A DNA stretch of 64,000 nt. It comes from Octopus sinensis (taxonomy: Eukaryota). The first letter of the stretch is position 1; the number at the start of each line of letters is the position of its first letter. A model generated the notes under the pieces. It searched no databases and was not told the origin of the DNA. It saw nothing but the letters and a program-made list of their open reading frames with translations. Below are positions 25,909-39,558 of this stretch, piece by piece. The position numbers and the translations under genes are program-made. Location of the stretch: contig NC_043000.1 in the NCBI RefSeq assembly GCF_006345805.1, positions 79,050,001-79,114,000 on the forward strand, read 5' to 3'.

Positions 25909-28822
25909 CCTTCTTTCAAACACTTTTTCTATTCAGTTGCTATGCTTGACCGCTAAATCCACAAGTTTTTAAACTTCCATACTCACTACGTTATTACTTT
26001 GCCTTTCTCTCTCCTTTTCTTAATTGTTTCTTTTCTTTTTTCCTTTTTCCACAATGCCCGATTACAAATTCTTCCTCCTGAACCTTCACCGCCGACTAAA
26101 GAAACACCTTCTATTGCTTTCAACCTTCTATTAATCTTTCCCATCTGATTTTCAAAAAAACACGCTTCTGTAGTCATGTTTACTTTCTCAGTCACCTCCC
26201 TCACCCCTACCTCATCCCCAAAGGTTTCCGCCTCCATTTCCACCCCACTTTCCACTCTGCTTCTGCCATCCTACCCATACTCTGTTCTACTTCTTACCGC
26301 CTTATCAGTGCCACCATTCGTTCTAATCTCTTTAAAATACACACCCCAGACCACCTTCTCCTTCTCGCTTATTCCAGCTTTTCCTCCCGTCTTTCACCTT
26401 CTGTTGCACATTCCACTCTACGCTTCATACGCCATGTAAATCATGTTTTGTCCACGAGTTCCTCGCTCGCACTAAACAACATAAACTCCACTCACTCCAT
26501 TTTCCCCAGCCGACGCCACTACACCCACGCTTTCCTCATCCTCATCCCCCATACTCATCCCCACCCTTCCATTACTCTAATCCCCAAGCACTTACTTTCC
26601 CTCTCTCTCCTCCCAGCTTTCTACTGCCACGCCACCCCTTCCACATCTAACTCATCCACCCACTCCCGACTTCAGTCTGTTGTTACAATTCCTCCTAATC
26701 TTCCCCCTCTCTGAAACGGAGCGCTCTCTTCTCAGTAAGGATCTGCGCTTCATCTCCCTCACTTTATCCAGTAACGAATTTTAGACCCGTGCTGGTATCC
26801 ATAGCTTTGTGCGTCGCATCAGGCTATATGCACTATTCCACAACACTTCACCTGCATCTAATGAAGAGGACTGCTTCACTGACCTGGGCCGCCGACCATC
26901 CTACTGGACGCCAGCTCCTTGCCAGTTCCAAGCAGTTGAACGTTTTGCATGCATCTGCCAACGTGTGTGGACCGGTTTAACTTTCGCAGCAAACCCCAAC
27001 ATTTTAACATCTCCCCGGACGAACTCTCGACATTCCGATGTCTTCGACACCGCAAAGACATCATCACAAAGGCGGCCGACAAGGGTGGAGCCGTGGTGGT
27101 GTAGCGCGCAGACCTCTACAAGGCTGAAGCTCTACACCAACTTCAAGGAACCTCATTTTATTGCCCTCTGCCCTCTGCCCTCCAACCCCAAGCCTAACTA
27201 CCAAGAGACTGTGTCCACCACTATCTATGACCTCACTTCCTCCAACCTTATTATCTACACTCCACGCACCCCACCATTTACTTCCTTCCCCAAATCCACA
27301 AGCCCAACAACCCTGGCTGCCCCATCGCCTCCGCCTCTAACTGCTCCACGGAATTTATTTCTAAATACTTCGATCGTGTCCTTGCCTCCTAGTGGCTTCC
27401 CTCCCCTCCCACATCCATTACACTAAACATGTGTTCCGTCTCTTTAACTCTTTCTCCTTCCCTTCTGGCCCTTCTAAACTTCTCTTCATTATTGATATCA
27501 AGGGTTTATATACGGTGATCCCATACAACGAAGGACTTCTTGCACTTAAACACTTTCTGGACCTTCGACCCAACCCCGAACCTTCGTCTGGCCGAACTTG
27601 TTCTCCCCCTCAACTGCTTCTCGTTCGCGGGTGATTTTTACCAACAGATCTCTCGGAAGTGGCTATAGCAACGAGAATGGGCCCCAACTACATGAACTTG
27701 TTCATTGGCTACGTTTCACTGGTCCCACTCACGAACTATACGGTCGCTATATCGATGACTCTGTCGGTACGACCTCACTCTCCCGCGAAAAACTAGACTC
27801 CTTCGTCTCTTTTGTCTAATCCTTCCAGCCTGCCATCGAATTCTCCTCAATTATTTCCAACACTTCCGTCGAATTTCTCGACATTTCGGTTAGAATATAC
27901 CACTCCTCTCTCACTGTCTCCATCCACTACAAACACACTGATTCATGTTCATACCTCAACTTTTCCTCCTTCCACCCTATTCACATCAAGCTCTCCATTC
28001 CCTACTCTCAATTCCTCCGTCTGTGCAGGCTCTGCAGTAACAACCATGACTTTGAGACTCAGTCTCAACACATGGCTCAACAATTCGCCCTTCGTGAATA
28101 TCTCCTCACCACTATCCACATAGCCCTTGCCAAGGCATGCTCCGTGGACCGTACCTCTGCTCTCTCCCTCACACCTGCCCCGCCGTTGCTCATCTCCCGT
28201 TTCCACACACCCCTCTAACGCATCATTTTCCGAGACTTCCGGTGACTCCTATCCGTCCCCTCCACTTCGCACATCTTCCGAACCTACCCCTTCCCTCCTT
28301 CAAAGAGCCCACAACCAGCGTGACCTCCTGGTCCACAGTTTCTTCCCTAACCCCACCTCCCAGCCTGGATCATAGCCCTGCTCTTGCCCACGCTACAGTG
28401 CTTGCCCCTACATCTCCAACACCAATATTTTCTTTTCTTTATTTTATGAATATTCTTATATATATATATATATTTACATATCCACACCTATTTTGAATAT
28501 CTTTCTATATACCTTTATATACTCACATGTAAAGCCTTATTCTTTATATTTTTCTAATTTACCTTATTTCACACACTTTCTAATTTATCATGTTCACAGG
28601 ACTTGCCCTTTATGGCCATCCACTATATTTTTCTATTATTACATTTCCTATCCACCGTAATTTAAAGATTTAAAAACGCTACGTCAAACATATACACGTA
28701 TATTCAAACAAACATGTATCCTTATCATGTTTTTCCCTTCTATCTCTATTTTCCAATTTTCTTCTCTTCCTCTCTCAGTTGAAATTTTTCTCGCTCTTCT
28801 TCTCTCACACCAACTTCCTTCA

Positions 28823-29731
28823 TCTATATATATAATAGTGAAGTTGTGTGAGTGTCTGTCTCCTACGATTTAGATTCCTAACTACTCCCACATTTTGCGG
28901 TGCAGTTTAACCAAATTCGGGTACCTTATAGTCGTGATTCATATCGAGCCCTTCTGAGTATTAGCGCGCGTCTACGATGAGTCTACGATTTTAAAAATAA
29001 TTTAACATTATTTTTTCCATTTTAACGCATATTTTTTCGTGTGTCGATGGCGGCGGAGTTGGCGTCCATGCTCACACCTGCACCTGTGTTGCTTCTCCCC
29101 CTTCTTCCCTCCCTCGTGAAGCTGTGGGGAAGGGAGTGTAAGGAAATCAACGTCGTAAAGCGTTGTCAAGGAGACCAGCGTTCTTTTAGAACAACGACTT
29201 CATGGCTTGAAGTCGCCAAAACAGAAATCGCTAAAAAAGCTGAAACAGATCCACAAAAACGGCAAAAACCGCCACACATGGTAGGTTTCCTGTGCAAACA
29301 ATTTGCACAACCGAATGTTTTAGTTGTTGCACAAATCTTTATATATAAAAGTGAAGTTGTGTGTCTGTCTCCTACGATTTAGATTCCTAACTACTCCCAC
29401 ATTTTGCGGTGCAGTTTAACCAAAACCGGGTATCTTATAGTCGTGATTCATATCGAGCCCTTCTGGGTATTAGCGCGCGACTATGATGAGTCTACAATTT
29501 TAAAAATAATTTACCATCATTTTTTCCCTTTTAATGCATTTTTTCGCTATTATATAAGGGAAGTAACTCTTTAAAAATGTCTACGATGAGTCAACGATTT
29601 TTAAAAAATTTACTATAATTTTTTTTTCCATTTTTAATGCATTTTTTTGCTATTTTTTGGCTATAACTCTCTAAAAATGCTTTATAGTTATTTCCCATAC
29701 AAACCCGAGCAACGCCGGGCGATACTGCTAG
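28823..29731 (+). mobile_element. non-autonomous Helitron with internal tandem duplication of its 5' part
   Basis: A|TC start, 3' hairpin cccgagcaacgccggg then CTAG|T; the 5' ~200 bp is repeated near 29340. Confidence 0.85.
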
Positions 29732-30409
29732 TTTTTATATATACATATTATATATTTATTTATCTTACCCTTTATTATTGTTATTTTCTGTGTGGAACAT
29801 ATTCGCCCTTAATTTTTACTATCCCATTAATTTTTAAAATCGTTTATTCAACTCATTTCAATTTTCCATTATTTTAAAATATGTTGGGACCTTGCATCGC
29901 TTTGCCTGAAATTTGAAACCAAATCCACCAGCTTGTTGTTTGTCAAAACGAGCTACTGTCCTTTCAACTACCTGTCGGGCAAACGAATATATATATATGT
30001 AAATAATATTTCTTCTTGGTGTTGATTCTTCAATGTTCAGTGGATACTCCGACGCGAAAACCTTTAAGCGTTACATCTATACGCTACATTCGGTAGTGGG
30101 CTACATCATATCGACATGATATGGCATCTCACATTCAGCACACTACAAATACTTCAAGTTATCTTCTTATTCCGAATACTTACGACTGTCTGACAAACGG
30201 TTACATTGAACAACTTGGTAAAAATTTTTGCAGCCTCAATATAAAATTTTATTATTCTTTTGGTCTTAAAGTATTATTTTCTCAACCTTGTTTTTGCACT
30301 TACCTGCTCACACGTGTAGTGTATGTGTATAAATACATAGACATACATTCGTACATACATACATACATACATACATACATACATACATACATACATACAT
30401 ACATACATA

Positions 30410-31360
30410 ACCTTAAATACCTGCCCAAAGAAATCTCTCGACACTACCGCATTGTATTAACAGATAAAAGAATGAGCATATATGAGCAGAAGACTATGCA
30501 TGGATACGTTAGTAGAAAGCTCCTAGAGTATAGTAACATTGATCATCATCCAAACAGTCTAACATGAACCAACAACCGGATTACTACTTCCCACTTTGAA
30601 GGGTATGCGTTTGCAATCCAAGAACAGGAAATATCAACGAAATACCTGATGCATAAAAGGGACAGAGAAGCAGGAAAAGCATTAAAATTAAAATGCGACA
30701 ATCGATGCAGACTTTGTGGAGTTAACACCGAAGATATCAGCCACAAAATAAGCAGGTGTCCGGAAATGTCATCACGGTGTTATCTACCGATGAGACATGA
30801 TGTTGTAGCTAGGACGCTCTATAACGTATCCGTCGAAAGGATGAGCCTGGAGTCAAAGAAGCAAGAACCTACAGTATGGTGGAAGCCATAGCCACTCATA
30901 AGGCGTACTGTTGGAATGTCCCAGTGAAAATCTCAATTTAATGTGAACACAATGGACTTGATATACTAATTTGGAATAGAGAAGTGAAACTGTGTACAGT
31001 TGTAGAAACCAGCTGCCCGGGGGATGTTAGCAAGAAGCTGAATATCAGTGAGAAAGAGAATTCCTACGCTGAACTATTGAGAAATCTGCAGTTACTCTAT
31101 CCAGATTACAAGTTCATATTTATACCTGTAATTATTGAGGTACTGGGATATGTAAAACATTTCCCAAATAACAATCTTGAGAAATTAGGCTTCACAAAAC
31201 CAGGAAGGAGATAGCTGATTCGAAGATTACAGATCCAATCCATCAGGAATTGAAAAATCTGTAAAACTTTCCAGAAGTTTATCAGAATATATATGAGTAT
31301 GTCTACATATGCAAGTATATGCATGAGAAGACATACATGAAACAAAATTTACAAATCTGT
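30410..31360 (+). mobile_element. 5'-truncated R4/Dong-type RLE LINE inside a (TACA)n array
   Basis: FEGYAFAIQEQEI, CRLC...EDISH...C...RHDVV zinc knuckle and a decayed PD-(D/E)xK region; (TACA)n on both sides. Confidence 0.8.
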
Positions 31361-31612
31361 ACATATACATACATACATACATACATACATACATACATAC
31401 ATACATACATACATACATACATACATACATACATACGAAATATCCTGTTGTTGATGTTGAAATTCCAATGAAGGAGCCTTGGCTATAGTTTAGAAGCCGA
31501 ATCCTTCTCTATTGGCAAGACATCTTGAAATAAAACTGAATAATGACACACATACAAATATACATACATACATACATACATACATACATACATACATACA
31601 TACATACATACA

Positions 31613-31646
<34 letters not shown>

Positions 31647-32050
31647 CATACATACATATTTGTGTATACATGTATATACATATATGTAAAAGGGCAGATA
31701 GAAACGATTAAAAAGCATGCATTAGAGATATTGAGAGAGGAGAGAAAAGGTAAAGTGTGGAAGTAGGGGATAAAGCAATTATGTACAACTTGTCGGGCGC
31801 AACGAAAAGAGAAACAAAGCAGAAGCAGTCTCACAATAAAAAAAAAAGAAACTGGTCAAAAGATACAGGCGAAATACGATTTGAAATGTATTAGAGGACG
31901 CCCAAAGAATTCAAACAATTCAAACAAAGGGCGATAATTTAAAGTGTAAATAATAATACCAAACTTAGAGGATCTTCGACAAAAACTATATAAACACATA
32001 TCAATCTATTATTTAGCTCTCTCCGTCTCTCTCTCTCTCTCTTACTATCT

Positions 32051-32088
<38 letters not shown>

Positions 32089-32712
32089 TAGCTATAGAGG
32101 TAATATTTACTCCCACTTATACGCGGAAGTTCTGTTAGAACAAACTTTACTATGGTAGATACCATAAGAGAACCTCTTCTATCGGTTTTATATTGCTAGC
32201 TTGGAGTTGAACCCCCCACGAATTGCAACGGCAAGACTGCCGGATCACATGATTTTGACCTTCCTTTGTCTCTTGAAAGTTAGTGGTTAGCCATATTCAG
32301 ATGGCAAATATACCTCACATTGTCGTACAGTCACTGTTTATACCTCGTTCAGAGATTTATTATTGCTTGTATACACTTTTTCAAGATCAGTGACGAAAAG
32401 TTACTTGAAAAAGGATATAAATAATTGCATTTGGACTCCTTTCATCGAAAACCCGTGTTTTTTTAATTTTTCCTCGGAGTATATCAAATATTTTTCTGTT
32501 GCTGCAAATCATTGTGTGATTTCGTTTCCGTTTGTCTACTTTGTTGTGTTACACGTAATATAATTGTTGAACTGTTTTTGACCCAGTAATTTTCGCCCTT
32601 CGGGGTAGAAAATTTCCGTGTGTTTTTTTGTGTGAACTCTTAACCTGTATAGGTTATTTTTGAAGAAAAAAAAAATTCTCTTGTCATTTGTGACAAGTTT
32701 GTGTTGTCTAAT

Positions 32713-33760
32713 ATGGAATTAGACTTAAGTTCAAAAAAAGACTTTCCCGAGATGGGAGAAGGTATAACAACTGTTAAACAAAAGGAAACACAGGCAAAAC
32801 CCAGTTTTTCAGACGCCGTAGGTGGCGAAGTGGAAGAAATGGGGGTGTCAATGACTATTCAAGTTCAGACCGCTTGTGCAAAAAAGTGAAGAAACTCGAT
32901 TGGTACCGCCCCCTGAAACTATACAGGCAATAAGGGAAAAAATGGTCACCTACAAGGTGTACAATATGACCGACGTAAAAAACGAAATGGTCGAAAAAGT
33001 GTATGGCACCAATATGGAGTAAAGTTCGTCATGTCAACCGAGGTGCAAGAAGCGCCACAGTGGAGGCGCATTTTGAGACGGCGGAAGAAGCAAGGCAAAT
33101 TTCGACGCAAACGTTGAAAAACGAGAATATAATACTGCTACCCTTATATTTAGGGTGCAGAACAGCAAAAGTGACCCTAGAAGATATACCAAGGGTCTAC
33201 AACGTTGACAATTTTGAGTATGAAGAGGAAAATTGCAAAACACTGGAGAGGCAGCAGCTGGAGATGATTATCCAGGCGGAAAATGCGATGCTGGAAAGCC
33301 TACCAGACAGAGTCTTCGTGGGGGAGGGGCACTCCATACGAGTTTCGGTGGAAGGATGCAGGCCCAGATGTTTTAAGTGCGGGCAAAAGGGTCACATTCG
33401 CTCCGTTTGCTCAAAGAAAAATAACACGAGCAACGCCCCCCCAACAAAACGCTGTGAAGAACGCAGAAAGCAGCGAAGTGGAGAACAAAGTAACGAAGTG
33501 GAAAACAAAGTGGAGAACAAAGCAAGGAGGAAAAAAAAACAGGTCGAACTCCAAAAAGGAGGAAGACAAGAACGAAATGCAAAATGAGAAAGGAAAGGAG
33601 GAGGAAATTAATACAACAAAAACAAATATACAAGAAGAGATGGAATTCACGAACGTGTCGAACAAAAGGAAAAAAATCCATCACCCTTGACTCCCCACCC
33701 GTAACAAAAAAAAAAAAAACGCAGACGAACAAATTAAAAATATTCTCCAATCCCACCCCG
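32713..33760 (+). pseudogene. Tx1 copy A ORF1 (gag-like, CCHC knuckle), frameshifted
   Basis: ORFs 32701-32889, 33003-33587 and 33283-33690; CFKCGQKGHIRSVC. Confidence 0.75.
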
Positions 33761-34193
33761 GCGGTACTACATTTATAGGCCAGCACTTTAACAAACCCCA
33801 CCCCCCAACTGTAAAAGGGTTTAAACCCAATGAGAAAATTATAGCATACACCACAAGGAACGAGAGAGCAGTAAAATGTGTGCAAGCAAGTACGCAGATC
33901 AGGTTCTACAAAGTGACCGAGAAGGAAGCGGAGTGGCGATATGCAAGTGTCGGCGAAGAAGGATGGAAAGGAAAAAACTTACAAGACCTCGTAAAAGCCG
34001 GCTTCATTAAGGATGTCACCCAGGAGGTGACAACTGGGAAATTATACGTCAGCCCGGCAGCCACACCAACCCAGAGTCCGGTGGCAACGCCGGTGAAACG
34101 CCCAGCAGCAACGGCGAGTGGTGGGGAGACAGGCAGAAGGAATACGTCAGGCTCCCTCTCGCAACCGTGAGTAAATAATTTTCTTTTTTTCCG

Positions 34194-36150
34194 ATGATTA
34201 AGTTAGGTTGTATAAATATGCGTGGAATGGAATCGAAATGGAAACAGGCTTGTTTTCGGGACGACCTCATTTCACATAGAATCGATGTAGCTATTATTAC
34301 CGAGTCCAAGATGAAAGGACCCCAAGCGTTCTCACCACTTCTCAAAGGTTACGAGAAATTTATTTCTCCTAGCCGGGAGGGAGGTGCAGGTGTGGCAGTT
34401 CTTTTCAGGAAGAACTTGGACTTACAGGTAAGTACTGTCTTTCTGGACCCAGAAGGTAGGCTGGTTATCCTAAATGTGACGCACGTGAGTAAGCAGTCCT
34501 TCAGGTTGGTGGCTGTCTACGCTCCTAATGGACGTGGGCAGACCGGTTTTTTTCGGGAACTGGAGCACTTTCTAGTGACGTCCAAAACGGTAGTTTTGGT
34601 AGGGGATTTCAACACCATTCTCGATGCGCGGGTGGATGGTGTAGGCTCGAGCGATAGGAAGGGGAATCCTGGCCTCAAGGCCCTACTAGCGGGCTTTAAT
34701 CTAATAGACCGTTTTCGACTGGATGAGCCGAACGTTCCACAGTGGACGTGGAGTAATAACGACGGCTCACGCAGATCGTACATAGATAGAGTATTTGTTA
34801 AGGAACGAGATAGGAATAGTGTTAGCTGTCCACAATTCTCTGTTGTGCTTTACACGGATCACAAACTTGTGACGTGTGAGGTACAGGTAGATAAATGCCA
34901 TAGACAAGGTCCCGGGTACTGGAAAATGAACAAGTCTATTTTGACTTGTGAAGCTTTCCGTACCCGGATTAAGGAATTAGTACAGAGGGCATTATGTGGC
35001 ACCATCATTAATAATAGATGGTGGCTCGCCCTAAAAAGCGCCATCCGTTTGGAGTCCATTAGATTTAGCAAGCAGCTAAGTTTAGTAGGACTAGAATAGA
35101 AGGCGAATTAGTTAAGAACTTAGACGAGGCTATGGAATCTGGCTGTGCATCCGGAGTGTTGGCAGCGAGAGCGGTATTGTACCGTCACCTCAACGCCAAG
35201 CACGAGGGGTGTAGAGTCAGAGTTAAGTTACGTGCAGGAAAACGAGAAGGTATTAACGTTGCCGGATGGGCCCGTCGTGAGGAGAGTCAGAAGGGCAAAA
35301 AGTCCTGTATTATGTCCTTAACTGACCAGCAGGACCGCAAGATCTATGGACAGGAGGAGATGCAGAAGGTCGTTCACCAGCATTTCACACGGCTGTTTGG
35401 GGACGGTGGTCCGCTCGAGCGTGGGGAGACCTTAAAGGACTTCCTAGCTAGTGGGCCTCGGCTCTCAGCAGGTGAGGCGGAGTGCTGTGAAGGATCGATC
35501 TCTCCCGCTGAGGTAAGAGGGGTTATGGCCGAGTGCGCCGGGGAAAAGTCACCGGGATTGGATGGTCTGCCCTATGAATTTTATTGTTGTATGCCAGACT
35601 TGTTCGGGGACATACTGGCAAGCGTCTATGCAAACTGGCAACAGAATGGGAGGATTCCCAGCTCTGTGAGTCGGGGAGTTGTGACGCTTGTCCAGAAAGA
35701 CCCGAGCAAGGGGGACAGTATTAGTAATTATAGGCCCATAACTCTACTTAATGTAGAGTTTAAGATTTTGGCCAAGGTGTTAGCAAAAAGGTTGAAGGCT
35801 GTCGTGGAGAAACATGTCGGGAAGGCACAGACATGTGCAATCCCAGGCAGGTCGATCCAGGATAATCTTCACCTTCTCCGCTACACTATAGATAGGGTCG
35901 GGAATTTAGACGGGAAATTAGACGGGAAATTAGACCAAAGTAAAGCGTTTGATAGGGTAGACCATCGGTACTTGGCGGCGGTCCTCGAAGCGGCTGGGCT
36001 GGGCCCTGGCTTCTGCGGGTGGATCTCAGCTATGTACAGCGGCATCAAGTCCACAGTCCAGATAAACGGTTACCTAACGGAGCCGTTTTCGATCAAGCGT
36101 TCAGTTCGTCAAGGGTGCCCCTTGTCCCCGCTCTTGTATGTTTTGGCTCT
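34194..36150 (+). pseudogene. Tx1 copy A ORF2: APE endonuclease plus N-half of RT, truncated after QGCPLSPLLYVLALE
   Basis: GCINMRG, LVGDFN, SYIDRVF, TDHKLV, KSPGLDGLP, NYRPITLLN, KAFDRVDH, RQGCPLSP. Confidence 0.9.
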
Positions 36151-36151
36151 T

Positions 36152-36780
36152 GAGAACTGCGAAACTATATGTGGAACACATACCAAGAGGATATGATATA
36201 ATGTGGGTAGCAGCGGCGGTTCTGCACGACGTAGAGCAGAAAGTCTCAATTCTGCAGATGAAAAGGAAAGAGGAGGTAAACTGGAAGGGCAAGCGCTCGA
36301 ACTCCTCGTTCAAGCAGAAAATAATGTGCTAGAAAACTTACCCGATAGGGTATTTATTGAGGAGGGAATTACAATGAGAGTGTCAGTGGAGGGGCGCAGA
36401 CCTAGGTGTTTCAAATGTGGTGAAAAGGGTCACGTCTGCTCGAACTGCATATAAAAAAAAGAAAAACAGCGAAGCCCCTCCTCAAAGTGCTTCAAACACA
36501 GAAAAAGAAAAGGCGGAAAAAGACCCCAAGACTGCAACAAGGAAGGGAATCGAAACGGAAGATAAAAATGAACAAATGGAATTTACACAGGTGACACACA
36601 AAAGAAAAAAAGAAAATACTCTGGACTCCCCTCCCCAAACAAAGAAAAAATCAGCAAACACCGCAGAGATACATACAAAACAAATTCCCCAGCCCTACCC
36701 CCACGGCACTGTATTCATTGGAACACAGTTCGCCAAGCCCCTCCCCATAAAACAAGATTGGAAAAAATTGATTTAAAAAA
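36152..36780 (+). pseudogene. Tx1 copy B ORF1 3' part
   Basis: RTAKLYVEHIPRGY aligns to copy A RTAKVTLEDIPRVY; RPRCFKCGEKGHVCSNC. Confidence 0.8.
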
Positions 36781-37157
36781 ATGAAAAGATTGTAGCATTC
36801 GACGAGAGGAACGATAGAGTGTTCAAGTATTTTAAATTTTCAAAACTGAAATTATTCAGTAAGTCTGCAGACACTAAGTCGACCACACGTTTTGCAAAAA
36901 TAAAGGAAGACGAGTGGAAGGAAAAAACACTCCAAGAACATTTTTAAAATAACGTTATCAGAGACGTAACTAACGAAATACTGGAGGGCAAACTTACTAT
37001 AACCCCGGCAACCATACCTACCCAGAGCCCGATGGCAACGCCGGTTAAGAGCCCTGCAGCTACGACCACAAGGGAGGAAGAAGGGGAAGCATGCAGATTT
37101 AAACTGTCATGCTCCCTGTCCCAACCGTAAGTTTATTTTTTTTCTCTCTCTCCGACA

Positions 37158-39296
37158 ATGGCAAAGCTGGGTTGTGTGAATGTGCGTGGAATGGGGTCGA
37201 AATGGAAACAAATTTGTCTCCTGAACGACCTCACGACACACGGAGTGGACGTAGCTATTGTAACCGAGTCCAAGATGAACGGGGCCCAAGCGTTCTCGCC
37301 TCTTCTAAATGGTTTCGAGAAATTTATTTCTCCTAGCCGAGGAGGAGGAAGGGGCGTGGCAGTCCTTATCAGGAAGAGCTTGGACTTGCAGGTAGGTACT
37401 GTCTTTCTGGACCCAGAAGGCAGGCTGGTCGTTCTGGATGTGATCCACGTAAGTAAACAGTCCTTCAGGTTGGTAGCTGTCTACGCTCCGAATGAGTGTA
37501 GGCAGTCGGGGTTTTTTCGGAATCTGGAGCACTTTTTAGTGACGTCGAAAACGGTAGTCTTAGTAGGGGACTTTAACACTGTCCTCGAAGCGCGGGTCGA
37601 CAGTGTTGGCTCAACCAATAGGAAGGGGAACCCTAGCTTCAAGGGTCTACTAGAGAGCTTTAATCTAGTAGACCGTTATCGACTGGATGAGCCGAGCGTT
37701 CCACAGTGGACGTGGAGTAACAACGACGGCTCACGCAGATCGTATATAGATAGGGTATTCGTTAGGAAAAGAGATAAGGATACGTTTAGTTGTCCACAGT
37801 TTCACATTGTGCCTTACACGGATCACAAACTTGTGACTTGTAGGGTGCAATTAGATAAATGCCATAGACAGGGACCCGGGTACTGGAAGCTGAACAAGTC
37901 TATTTTGAATTGTGAAGACTTCCGTACCCGGATTAAGGTGTTAGTACAGAGGGCATTATGTGGCACCATCATTAACAATGAGGCTCAGCTACCTTGTGTA
38001 GAAGATGCTATCAGAGGATACGAGGCGGTGGCAGGAGCAAAAGTTAACAAGGACAAGTCGATTGGCTTACGCCTCGGCACCTGGAGGAGCAAGTCGATAT
38101 CGTCCAGTGCCGTGGGACACTAGACAGATGGTTCTGTTAAGTTGCAAGGAGTTTGGTTTGGGCCAGACTCCCAAACGGAGAGGAATTGGAGTGAGGTGAC
38201 GGACAAGGTGGATGCCGTAGTACGGACCTGGTCCGGAAGGTTTCTGTCCTTGAAAGGAAGGGCGGAGGTGGTACAGATGTTCATTGCATCTGTAATCACT
38301 TACCGCCTGGCCGTTGTCTCTTGCCCCGATTCATGGCTTAGCAAGCTGGAGCGAATCCTTTTCCGCTTTTTGTGAAAGGGAGGAAAGCCACTTGTGAGGC
38401 GCTCCGTTTGCTGCCAGGAACCGTTAAAGGGTGGGTTAGGAATGCCTTGGTTGATGATGCGCAGACATGCGTTGAGGCTGAAGCATCTCTGGCACCACCT
38501 GGAGGGTGATATGGTGTGGAGTCCGCTGGCAGGGGAATTTTTCCCGAGACCGGCTTCCTTAGTGAATTTTAAACCCGGTTGCATCAAAAGACGGAATCTG
38601 ACTTTATGGCAAAAGGAGTGCCGAGAGGCACTCACGCTGATCCACAAGGCGGGCAAGGCCAGCTGCGGAAATACCACCTCGGTATTTTATAGCAGGCTGG
38701 TAGAGGCAAAGAACGACGACGTCCTAGGAAGGGCTCTGGGGTTCGACGAAGACCAGCTTACCAACCTGTTTAAAAAGACTTTCAGGGCGGGGTATTTGGA
38801 TAATTTCCAAAGATATCTGGCCTGGCAGTGTTATAGGAATGCTTTACCTGTTCGCGAGAAGTTATCACGGCACGGAATTTCAGTGCCACCGACATGTCCA
38901 AGATGCGGGTTGGACGATGAAACCGTCCAGCACGCTTTTGTACACTGTCGGCAGTTGTCACACTTGATAAGTTACGCAGAGCACGTGTTATCGCATCTGG
39001 AACGAGTACAGCTGTCGGCTGAGTCTATGATTAAGATGATACCGCCAACTGGACTCTCGAAGGAAGGTGAGGCATGTTTTCACTGCACGGTTGCAGTAGT
39101 AAAAGAATGCATGTGGCGTACAAGAATGGAAGGAGTCGCAATAGGATCCTTTGTCTCAGGCTCCGGCTTGCTCACTTACTTCAGATATCATCTGAAGAGC
39201 AAAATAGGGCTGGAAAAGAAGACCTTACCACGAGGTGTGTATGAAAAAAGATGGAAGGAAGTGGCGAAGAAGGTGGATGTCAGAAACTCAGTTTAA
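37158..39296 (+). pseudogene. Tx1 copy B ORF2: APE fused in frame to RT C-end and zinc knuckle (RT core deleted at ~37980)
   Basis: ORFs 37158, 38142 and 38394 share one frame with two stops; IINN joins directly to EAQLPCVEDAIRGYEAVAGAKVN; CPRCGLDDETVQHAFVHC. Confidence 0.9.
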
Positions 39297-39558
39297 CTAT
39301 GGATGGAGAAGAGGAAAGGAAAGCTGCGGGGCCTTATAGGTTGCCGGGGTTTAAAATATATCGGTAAGATTTCAATCTAATGTAATGTTATATTAGTCAA
39401 TGCAAAGGACAATTTAAATACAGTTTTTTGTATAATAAATAATCCATATATTTTGGAAATTTTTAAACGAAGCACTTAACTGTTTTTTGTATGTATGTCC
39501 TGTATTGTTCTTCTATGTACTGATTTTATAATCATAATAAAGAATTAATCGAAAACCG

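Larger units (their letters stand above)
22236..28430 (+). mobile_element. decayed Penelope-like element (Poseidon/Neptune type) with upstream pLTR, interrupted by a Gypsy element
   Basis: 22236-22410 encodes a GIY-YIG C-end (PVSRHFRSTGHS...EQELI) in pLTR position. After 25909: ERSLLSKDLRF, KAADKGGAVVV, YGRYIDD, VEFLDISV, SIPYSQFLRLCRLCSN and the start of the EN zinc knuckle (~28380); many frameshifts. Confidence 0.8.
32458..39547 (+). mobile_element. tandem/chimeric pair of Tx1 (L1-group) LINEs
   Basis: Two ORF1s (RPRCFKCG.KGH...C) and two APE domains. Bounded by ATCGAAAACC(C/G)GTG at 32444-32457 and 39548-39561 (13/14 identical, candidate TSD); AATAAA near the 3' end. Confidence 0.85.
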
